From assembly GCA_951406725.2 (NCBI GenBank), contig OX597816.1:155124001-155188000 (forward strand): a DNA stretch of 64,000 bases. Direction: 5' to 3'. Positions 13,149-23,738 of this stretch are shown here, piece after piece. Each line of letters opens with the position of its first letter. The first letter of the stretch is position 1. The notes under the pieces were generated by a model. That model saw only the letters and a list, made by a program, of their open reading frames with translations, had not been told where the DNA came from and searched no databases. The position numbers and the translations under genes are program-made. The DNA comes from Octopus vulgaris. Lineage: Eukaryota.

Positions 13149-13553
13149 AATAAAGATATAAATATCATATTGATATTTCGGAATTTAAGAATCTTTATAA
13201 AATATTCACCTGCAGGTATGCAAATAAAATTACATTTGCGCTTTGACATAAGTAAAGACACCGATGTCAATTTCTGTTTAAGGAAATTATCAATTGGATG
13301 AAATTTAGCCTTAAGTGAACATCGAGATATATCTTGGTATATTTCTTGTTTGTTCAATCTACAGGGCGATTTATGTCTTCGAAAAAAGCATCATTATCTC
13401 TTAATACACACACACACACATGCCCTGAAGCAATATCTATGCTATTTTAGCTGTAGAATATGGAACACATTTATTTGTACAGGTATGGGAATTTGTGTTA
13501 TAGTGGATATATATATATATACATGCATTCATACACACACACGCACTTGCGTG

Positions 13554-13602
<49 letters not shown>

Positions 13603-13683
13603 CCGACATGTATATCATTAAACATTCATCACGCCTGATCTTACCAAACAGTTTTGTGTAAAGAGTACAATGGAGTGTTAGGT

Positions 13684-14372
13684 ACTTCGATACTTAGATA
13701 GGTTTCAGTCACATTGGCCCAGGCGATAGCTAATTTAAAAGAACCACCTGGAAAAGGCATTTAGTAATGTATTTTTGTATAGTTATTTTTAGGCAACATT
13801 GCCCATACGATTAAAGAGTTGCTGTTATGCAGCAGTATATCCGAGTGTAGGCGGTTTATCTGGAATTTGTTGGAGATATTCATCCAGGAGCTTTTTGAAG
13901 GTTATGAAATCTTTTTCCTCCTTTATATGTTTTGGAATGATGTTCAAAAGAGCAGTTCCAGCTGAGGAGAAGTAGTTCTGTCTCTGTGTTGTGATGTGCT
14001 GCGAGCACGATTTCTGTAGAGGACGTATGGAACGGAGATCAAGCCTTGGGTGGATTTTAAAAGTGATATCGATATCATTTGGGCAATAATGTCGGAACAA
14101 TTTCCGCATCATACAATTAACATGGCGCTCTCGGCGGCGCTGGAGAGAATACAGTCTGAGATTCGCGATCGATCCCAGTAATTCAGACTAGACATGCCAT
14201 CAGTTTTTTTGTTGTTGTTGTAATTGACCTCTGGGGTGCTTCAAGCTGTTTGATATTCTGGCTTGTGTAGGGGGGAACATAGCGGAGAACAGTATTCAAG
14301 CGGGCGAATGTAGTAAAAAGAAGGAAAATGGCTGGAACATCTCTAGACTGGAAAGTCCTGAGGATTCGCTCA
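13684..14372 (-). mobile_element. 5'-truncated CR1-clade LINE (RT C-terminus plus 3' UTR)
   Basis: Minus strand gives RILRTFQSRD...RLEYCSP...NIKQLEAPQRSIT...YSLQRRRER...FKIHPRL...RQNYFS...LLNIIPKHIK...FKKLLDEYLQQIPDKP..LGY, the typical CR1 ORF2 end. Contains frameshifts. Confidence 0.85.
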
Positions 14373-16100
14373 TCAGATTTAGTCGATATGGAAGAGCATG
14401 GCGACTGCTGTCGGTCAGCGGATGTTGTGTAAAAAGGTGGTGAAACGAAAAAGTGCCAGGGGATTGGGTTAGGAGTTATGTCTCTTGGCTGTGAAGCCGG
14501 GAAGAGTTATCTTGAAGTGGGGGTAAGGTGTGTATTATTAGTGTGGTGCTCCTGGCGGGGTGGGTAGGGGTGATATGTGTAGTGGTGTCATATGAATAAT
14601 TTTTTCTGGGGGTGTAGGTATATATAGCTGCGTTCGTTGGTCTGTTTTCTTTCTGTAAAGGATACAGTCGTGGGATTTTTCGTGTTACCTTGCAGTGTGT
14701 AATGCGTGTGTGTCTGTCAGGGCATCTGTGTATGTGAGTGGGTACAGTTTGTGTGCGGGAGTATGTGTTGGGGTGGTTGGAGACAGTCTATTTTGTGGGG
14801 TGCCAACTTATAGGGATGTGCGTACGTGTACATGGGTGCATTGGTGTGTACTTTGGTCAAATCCTATTTGCCGGGCCCGTGGGCATTGATGGATGGTCGT
14901 TGGTGGAGGGTCGAGGTAGGGCACCTGTGATTGCAGTCATGGTGGGGCACGCAGGTAAGATAGGATGTACTTCCTTTCATGTGGGCAAGAATTAAACACC
15001 ATAACTCCTGCTATTCAGGTAGACATCCTGGCGTTGGTTACCTTTTAAAATTGCTCTCTTCTCAGCCAGACATAATATGCACTTTCTGCTGCTATTGAAG
15101 TATGATTTGCATTTTTCTAGGATCTTCCACTTTATGTTGGTTTAAAGGACATTTATAAGGATAAATATATAGATATAGTCTTACAGCTGTTTCTTTGATA
15201 TTATAGATATCTCTTCATCAGAGACGATGAGATGGTTAAACAGAGGTAAATATTTGAGTTTGAAATATAGAATTATTATGGAAAAGGATGGGATAGGGGA
15301 TATAGAGGGAAACAAAAAAATGAATGTAGAATTAAAATATAAAATAAAGATATTGTAGTAGCAGCTCTATTATTCGAGGAAAGTGTTGTATAGAATTGGT
15401 AAAAAAGTTTCCTGTACATGGTATGTAAGTTGCAATAATAGTCCATGTTTAGTCATTTCTAAGTATGGAGCCGTAGATTCTGTGTTGTAAAGAGTGAATA
15501 AGTGTGAGATATGTGAGTAGGTGTGATATGATAGAGCTGCATTAAGGGTTGGGTAGAGAAAAGGCATGGGTGGGGTTTTTACTAGTAATTATTTAAAGCG
15601 GAACGAAGAATAGAAGGATGTCAAATGTCTATAAATAGAATGATTGTATAGGTTAGTGTGATAGCGGGGAATCAGAGAGGAGGGAAGAAGGTATAATGAC
15701 ATGCGTACGGGCGCGCACACGTACATATCTATGTGCGGATATGCATACATACACGCACACATACACATATATATACATACGCACATACATACACATGCAT
15801 ACATATATACACATATACACATGCATGCTCACGCGCATCCGTAAATGCATTCATACACGCATATGCGTGTGCATACATATACACATACATGCACACGCAC
15901 ATACATACGAGCAGGCACATACGCGCTTGCACACAGACATACGCACGCGCGCATACAGGTACATACGTATACTTATATACACACACACTTGTATCCTCTT
16001 GAATGTCCATATATGTAGTATTAGATTATTGAGATCTTTAAAGATAGAGGAGTGAAAAATGAAAGATTAAAAATAAGATAGAGATAAAGAAAAATTTGCA
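14373..16100 (-). mobile_element. Penelope-like element remnant (pLTR with hammerhead, GIY-YIG endonuclease C-terminus, C/A-rich 3' region)
   Basis: Minus 15140-14955 translates NIKWKILEKCKSYFNSSRKCILCLAEKRAIL...LNSRS...SCPHERKY, matching the Penelope endonuclease C-terminal IKW.IL....PY....K.C.LC..EK...LN.R.E...CRH..K. Hammerhead at 15178-15225. Outer boundaries are approximate. Confidence 0.8.
15178..15225 (-). ncRNA. Minimal hammerhead ribozyme motif in Penelope pLTR
   Basis: GUCU-CUGAUGA-AGA-GAUAU(CUAUA)AUAUC-AAA-GAA-ACAGCUGU-A-AGAC. Canonical core, palindromic stem III, GUA site; the base of stem II is degraded. Confidence 0.7.
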
Positions 16101-16122
16101 TTATTTATATATATATAATGGA

Positions 16123-16343
16123 GTGGAGGCGCAATGGCCTAGTGGTTAGGGCAGCGGACTTGCGGTCGGAGGATCGCGGTTTCGATTCCCAGACCGGGCG
16201 TTGTGTGTGTTTATTGAGCGAAAAAAACACCTAAAAGCTCCACGAGGCTCCGGCGGGATGTGGTGATCCCTGCTGTACTCTTTCACCACTCTAAAGGCGG
16301 TGCTCCAGCATGGCCGCAGTCAAATGACTGAAACAAGTACAAA

Positions 16344-16361
<18 letters not shown>
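16123..16361 (+). mobile_element. tRNA-derived SINE, same head as 7141-7526, tail type C plus poly(A)
   Basis: Head near-identical to the 7526 and 45961 copies. After ctgtactctttcaccac it switches to aaaggcggtgctccagcatggccgcagtcaaatgactgaaacaagt, the tail of the CORE-type family. Confidence 0.92.
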
Positions 16362-16383
<22 letters not shown>

Positions 16384-17117
16384 TAGCGGCGTACGTATAA
16401 TTTGGCCTCTTATATGGAAGTATACATTTTCTAAACTCTATTTCTGTCTATCAGCCCTTTCACGCTTATTCCTTCATTCCACTCTTTATTCTCTCGTTCC
16501 CCCTCTCTCACATTTCTTTGCCTTCTCTTCTTGCTCACTTTACCTCCACTTTTCACTTCACTGTGTCCCTGTCATCTTTTTCTCGCCCTCCTTAACTCTT
16601 ATCTCCTTCTGCTTCTACTTCTCTCACTTCTCTTACCACGTGACCGGCGTTCGGCCAAACCTGTTCTTTCTTTCTTGGTCTGGCCGTTGTCCGTGCAACA
16701 TTGATAGTCAAATGTGATTGTCAAATGTTGTATCCCTGCTGTAAGGCTTCATTTCCACACACGCCAGCTTAATTTAATTCGTCCTTAGTCGAAAGATTCC
16801 TGTTGTTATATCCTGTTATTATTTTTATTGTATTTGTGTAACATTATCCGTTTTTTCTGTCCTTGTTTTTGTATACATTCGCTGCTTTCTTCCATGTAGA
16901 ATCAGAGGGACAGAAGAATTAAGGAGGGATGAGAAAAAATGACAAGAACACAGTGAAGTGAATAGTAGAGGGGAAGGGAGCAAGAAGAGAAGGCAAAGAA
17001 ATGTGAGAGAGGGGTTGGAATGAACGAATAAGCGTGAAAGGGGTGATAGAAATAGAGTCGTACAAGATTTAGAAAAATGTGTACTTACATATAAGAGACC
17101 AAAGTGTACGTACGCCG

Positions 17118-17120
<3 letters not shown>
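16384..17120. repeat. Imperfect inverted repeat (arms 16384-16618 and 16896-17120), probably a Penelope-like pLTR with inverted partial copy
   Basis: tagcggcgtacgta...cctttcacgcttattc...ctctctcacatttctttgccttctcttcttgctc is present in both orientations. Both outer ends abut (TA)n. Confidence 0.85.
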
Positions 17121-17165
<45 letters not shown>

Positions 17166-17169
<4 letters not shown>

Positions 17170-18161
17170 CAAAATGGGACAAGAACGCAAAACATCCGGA
17201 CAGTGATCGCACAGTACGAATGTGGTTTCAGAAATTCCGTAGTGATGATGAAGAAGGTAGAGGACAGTCATGCAGTCTTGACAATGAGCAATTTTGAAAG
17301 AGATTGTTGAACAAAACCAACGTCAAAGTGTTAGAGAAATGTCTCAGGCACTTGGTGTCGGTATTGCAACGGTCTCACGCAATCTGCAGATGATTGGTAA
17401 GGTTTAAAAGCTTGATAAATGGGTACCGCATGAGCTCAATGAAAATCAGTGTTCAGCGTTTTAAAGTGTGCTCGATGCTCTTTCTGCGAAACACCAATGA
17501 TCCTTTTTTTTGATCGAATAGTCACTTGTGGTGAAAATTAGATCTTTTATGATAACCGTAAACGATCTGGTCAATGGCTTGATCGTGATGAGTCCCCCAA
17601 ACATTTCCCGAAGCCAAAGTTTCATTAGTAACATACTACGGTGACATCAGTAGAAGACTATGGTGGTCTGCAAGTGGTGTTGTCCATTACAGATTTCTGA
17701 ACGCCAATCAGAGCATTATAGCAGAGATCTACTGCAATCAGCTCGCTGAAATGCATGCTCACTTGCAAAAAACGAGACCTGCATTGGTGAATCAGCGTAG
17801 CCCAATTCTGCTCCATGATAATGCTAAGCTACACGTTGCAAGAATGATGTCGCAAAAACTCACGGACTTGGGATACGAGATTTTGCGACATCCTTCATAT
17901 TCTCCTGATCTTTCACCCACTGACTACTATTTTTTAAAAGCATTTATACACATTTTGAAGTGATAAAACCTTCAGGTCTAAACCAGAGGTGGAATCAGCT
18001 TTCAAAGATTTCTCAGCATCAAAGCCAATAAGATTTTATTAACGAGGCATAAATAATCTCGTTGATCGATGACAGAGTCTAATAAAACGTTTCTATTGTT
18101 AACTTTTCCAGAATAAAATTATGTTTCTGAAATCGGGCCTTATTTTCGGGACAACCTAATA
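17166..18161 (+). mobile_element. Mariner transposon relic (DD34D, cecropia/Hsmar1-like), 5' end lost
   Basis: WFQKFR, KLDKWVPHELN, DRIVTC, YDNRKR, ILLHDNA, HPSYSPDLSPTDY with stops and frameshifts. Right TIR ...ttttcgggacaacctaa followed by TA. Confidence 0.93.
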
Positions 18162-18165
18162 TATT

Positions 18166-18262
18166 GCAAATAAGTAGCAAGGAGGTCCAGATATTAGTGC
18201 ATTAAAGCCGTTTCAAGCGGCCGTAATGCACTAATACCTGGACATCCTTGTTACTTATTTGC
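18166..18262. repeat. 97-bp near-perfect palindrome/hairpin
   Basis: 45-nt arms (gcaaataagtagcaaggaggtccagatattagtgcattaaagccg and its reverse complement) with 5 differences and a 7-nt spacer. Confidence 0.9.
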
Positions 18263-18354
18263 TTTTTATTCACCTAACTTCGAGCTGTGCGCACAATACG
18301 GGATTGACTTTGTACCTCAACGTAAATATTCAGCTGAATCTTAATAATCTCTCT

Positions 18355-18430
<76 letters not shown>

Positions 18431-18557
18431 TATTATTATATATATATATTATTATATAATAATATTAATATTTTATTATATTATTATATATATATATCTA
18501 TCTATGTATCTATCTATGTATGTATGTATCTATCTATCTATCTATCTATCTATCTAC

Positions 18558-18595
<38 letters not shown>

Positions 18596-18803
18596 TATAT
18601 AAAGAGAGAGAGAGACAGAGAAAGTGTGTGTGTGTGGGAGTGTGAGAGAGAGAGAGAAAGAGAGAATGAGAGCAGCTGTATTAAGAAAAAATAACTAGAT
18701 ATACTTGTAGAGAGTTATATTTAGAACCTACGCATCATGCATTATATGCACTATGCTTTAAAAGTAAATACACAAAGACAAAGAGATAAAAGCAGAAACA
18801 TAT

Positions 18804-18834
<31 letters not shown>

Positions 18835-19078
18835 TGGTGGTGGTATTGTGTATGATGAAATGAGAGATGTAAAGCTGTAACACTGTCACATAAACATTCT
18901 TCAAAAGCTTTTATTACTATTTCTGCACATGAATAAAATCATTTATGTACACGACATGTAAGATTTGTTGGGTATTAGAAAGATATTAATCCTACTATTA
19001 TTGTTACTTCTAGAAACGCTGCCCCCCGGAAGATTATTATGCATGTAAAACAATTGTTGTGAAGGGTATTTCTCTCAA

Positions 19079-19168
<90 letters not shown>

Positions 19169-19279
19169 ATATATATGCGTGTGTATATGTGTGTGTGAGT
19201 ATGCACATAAGTATCGTATGCTATTTTTCTAAATATCAGGCGACATCTGCAAAGTAATTTTCGTATGATAGATAAATAT

Positions 19280-19720
19280 GTCGTAAAATGTTTCACAAAT
19301 ATTCACAAATTGTCTCAAAGGACAACTTTGTAATCATTTATTTTCCATTAAAAACAATTGAACAGAGCTAGTAGGGAACAAGAAAGAGAGAATGAAAGAC
19401 AAAGATATTGTTGCAAGGGGAAAAGGTGAAAATGAGACAGACAAGGTGCAGAGACAGACAATGAAATGAAATGGTAAGGGTTGTGAACAAACTTCCTGAA
19501 AGTAAGGACAAATGCTTTAGAGAAGACCGCTTTAGATGCAGAAAATAACACAAAGTCTTCATTAGTCAAAGGGCCACATGTATCTATAATGTTATAAAAC
19601 TTTGAAGTAAGTTTGATTTGTTAAATGGATGTTGTGTAAACATTTTCAGAAATATTCTCAAAGTATTTCAAAGACAAACTTTGTAATTACTTATTTTTAA
19701 CGAAAACCATTGAATAGGGT
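19280..19720. repeat. Diverged direct repeat (~85-bp similar blocks about 350 bp apart)
   Basis: gtaaaatgtttcacaaatattcacaaa...aactttgtaatcatttatttt...aattgaacag versus gtaaacattttcagaaatattctcaaa...aactttgtaattacttatttt...cattgaatag. Confidence 0.6.
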
Positions 19721-19884
19721 GATAGAGAGAAAGTGTGAGGGTGGGGTGTTTAATTCAGAGAAGAAAATTTATTATGAATATAATTGAATAGAGCAATAGA
19801 AGGCGAGAGGGAGCGAGTGGAACAGAGAGAGAGGGAGACAGACAGACGGAAACATAAAGAAAGAGAGATAGAGAGAAAGAGAGG

Positions 19885-19934
<50 letters not shown>

Positions 19935-20555
19935 CACCGCAACGAATAAATATTAGCTTTGTGACTCAAGTAAGTTCTTGAATGTTCAATAACAAAAGAA
20001 AGTTGGAAACGTCATTAGGATTTATAAGAATTTTCAAGACATTTTAGACTTTAATGAATGATTTCCTTTTTCTAAGTTACATAACACCAACTGACTAATT
20101 AGCACCTCTATCTGTGTAGACTGAAATTGTTTTAACACATTGATTCATACACTCATTTTACCTTAAAGAATTATTTTAAGCACAAACTTGTGTAGAAAAT
20201 GCTCAGCCATGTATATGTTCATTCACGAGTAGGTAATTCAGTTGACTGATCAACTGTGAATCCTCATTAACGAACGACGGTGATCCATCTCTTTGACTGC
20301 CACCGATCCTCACCACCACCACCACCACCACCACCACCACCACCATCACTACCACTACCACTACGACCAACAATATCAACAACAACAACGTCAACAAAAC
20401 CACGACCTTTGATTTTAATATTTACTCCTTCATGGGATTTATGCACACATTTACTGATGTACTTTGCACCCTTAATTACACATTTTGAAATGCTTTACCT
20501 CTGCTTCTGTTCGTTGTATCTTATGAATATCTTTTTCTTTGTCATAAATTAAACC

Positions 20556-20630
<75 letters not shown>

Positions 20631-22011
20631 AATAAAGTGGTTGGGAACCACTTTCACTTGAGATATCTCAGAAACAGCAGTAAGACCAATAATTGATTAT
20701 TAATTAATTACTTCAAATTCACTTTACCCCAATTAAATATTCTAAATGACTTGAAATACTCGTCCTGCTTTGGTTTTTGTTCTTTTTCGTCTAATTTATA
20801 CCTGCTAATTCGGAAACCTACTACGGATCCCCAACCTCAGCTGTGAACTTGGAACCTAACGGATGATCAATTATTACACTTACACAGCATACCTATTCGT
20901 TTAAATCACTGGTGAACTAAACCCCCCATATTTTATGCATGTATGTGTGCGTGTGTATGCATACACATCTGCATACACGCTAGTTTTCATTGGCTTCTCT
21001 TTTTACCCCTATTGTTAGAAGTGAAACTTTTTGGGAATGGTTTTTGTTTCTTTCCTTAGTGAAATAAGCAACTAAAAATATTGTATTTCTTTCTCTGGAA
21101 TCGTTTATAACATTTTGTATGACGTTAGGCCCAGCGTTAATCTGCTCATATTCACAGACAGTTACTTCGACATTTCGTAACGTCTTCAGTGCGATACCTT
21201 ATCTGTAGCTATATTAACTAATAACACTATGTTCGATAAGAACTGATAAGAACAAGCAATTGCTATTGGCAGACAAAAATATTTTAGATAATTAACAAAA
21301 TTAGATAAGCAATATTTAAAAAAGTTAATAAACTTCTTACTGCATCGAACATTACTTTGAAAAGATCGTTAAAATTGCTGGTTCGTTTCAAAAAGAGGAC
21401 CAAAAAAGATTTTATAAAGATTTTAAAGTAATTTGGAAGAAATACAATATATCTTTTTTCTACAAACGTTTTTCAAGAGCTTAGCAGACTGTCTCTAGTC
21501 AAGTGGATGTTATTGAAATTACATGAAAATACTTTCCTTTCTATGTATTGGGTAGTGTGAGTGCATGCGTGGGTGCGTGCGTGAATTTGTATGTGTGTGT
21601 ATACGCCGAAAAAGGACGCTACGACTCTCCAAAATGTCAATTTGAGGTTCAGTTTTATTGTTGCCATCTACAAAGAAATGGCTACTATCAACCACCCTTA
21701 TCATTAGAGTGTTGGTATACTGGAGTGAGCCATCTTCATTCAACGTTGCCGTGAATGGTGCCTCCGGTATAAAGGGCCCACACCTGTCGCAGCTAGGCCG
21801 CCGATATCTTTTTCCTTTATAAATTCGACTATACTCTCATGCATTTTCTTTAGGGCCTCACTTGGTTGGAATCTTGTGTGTAAGCTTTTCTTTCCATCGG
21901 CTGGAACGAAAAGAAGGATTTCAGCCTTAATGTATCGAGACTAAATGCAGTGAAGAGAGAATACTGTACGAAGGTGTAGACAAACTGCTTAATGTGAATA
22001 CTTGAACACTG

Positions 22012-22220
22012 ATACAAGAGGTTGACATTTTACAGGAGACCACTAATATGCATATTAAAAAGCACTATGGAAGGTAAGATTGACGTGCTATTGCACGAAC
22101 GAATCTTGACGTGCTATTGCACGAACGAATACAAGAGGTTGACATTTTACAGGAGACCACTAATATGCATATTAAAAAGCACTATGGAAGGTAAGATTGA
22201 CGTGCTATTGCACGAATGAA
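22012..22220 (+). repeat. Recent tandem duplication (~117 bp period with nested ~25-bp duplication) inside a probable degraded RTE 3' fragment
   Basis: atacaagaggttgacattttacaggagaccac...ttgacgtgctattgcacgaa is repeated essentially exactly; ttgacgtgctattgcacgaa occurs three times. Confidence 0.9.
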
Positions 22221-23616
22221 ACCGAGTTGGCAGAAAACTATAGGCACATTGCTTGCCTAAACACTAAGTAAAAACTGTACACAAGCTGCTTCAATCAGTT
22301 CCTCCAGGATCATTGTGAGTCGAAAAACATAGTGACTGATATGCAGGTCGGTGGAAATAAGGGAATGTGGAGATGTGCCGAACAACTTTTTATAAAGAAA
22401 GCTGTCATGCCAGAAGTGAAAAAAGCATTGTAGAAGCCTTACGACAGTATGGCTTGATTACGGAATGGTATTTGACTCTGCTCCCCACTAAGAACAAGTA
22501 ATCAACTAACTCGCACGTTACAAATACAATCTGTAAGCAGAATAGTAAAAATATACAAGACTTTTCTCAAGTTTAAAAGGTGACAATATTTTTGTTATCC
22601 ACAGTTCAATGATGGAGCCTTGTATTTTCGTTCAAAACCATCCCCTTCCTCAGAGGTAGAATTACAAAGATTAAAAAAAATAGAAAAGAAGACATGTGTG
22701 TGTGTGCATATCTTTTTGTATATGTGCATACTCACACACGCACATATGCACACATACACACACACACGCACACGCACATATATTTGTTTAACTGTGTCAG
22801 AACCAGTAAATAATTGTTAAAACTCTCTCTTTCTCCTTCTCTCTCTCCCTATATATATATATATATATATATGAGTGTGTGTGTATGCCTGTATGTATGT
22901 ATATTCATACATGCATGTATATGTATGTATATTGGTGCATGTATGTATATGTATATATAATGCAACTATTTCTAAGTGCTGGTGGTAAGGTACCGTGAAT
23001 TCAGTGACTTTCTGATAAGAACCAGAAGGTAGTTAGCGAACATAATATTAATCAATAAGTGAATGAGAAAGGATCATCTGTTGCGTAATTACAGTAATTG
23101 GTTTACCTCTACTTCCGCTACAAGCATCTGAACAGCAGGGATTCTCAACATGCCTTCAGGGTCTGCAGAATCTATAAGACGCTGCATTCTCAATGTCGTT
23201 ACAGGGGAACGAATGTGATTATCCGACTCTCCACCGTTGGCATTTAGTTATTAATATGTGGGTTTGATGTCTCTTGGCCTTGTTGTCTCTATTTATCATA
23301 CACATGCTCATAAAAGTCCCACATTAGACTCCTCACTCGCATCATTATCGAACCGAGAGTTTAACTACGTTCCTTCCATAGCACTTACATAGCATTACCT
23401 GCCACCTTAGGTCTTCTGGATGTAGTGTGTGTATATATATCTTTATATCATATTATACAGTTCTTTATTTAAGAGATGAGGAATTATGTACATTATATAC
23501 ATTATTTACATTTGACAGATATTTGTTCTCATCTTGTTTGTTGTTAACACAACGTTTCGGTTGATATACCCTCCAAATGTCTTGGGAAAATTTCTAAGAT
23601 GTTGTTGTTGTCATGG

Positions 23617-23648
<32 letters not shown>

Positions 23649-23662
23649 GCTGTTTTTGTTGC

Positions 23663-23735
<73 letters not shown>

Positions 23736-23738
<3 letters not shown>

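Noticed and set aside
23520-23600. Penelope-type end with GAAACGTT on the minus strand (similar half-motif GAAACAGCAGTAAGAC at 20671-20686)
   Set aside because: The CUGANGA half is missing, so it is not called as a ribozyme.
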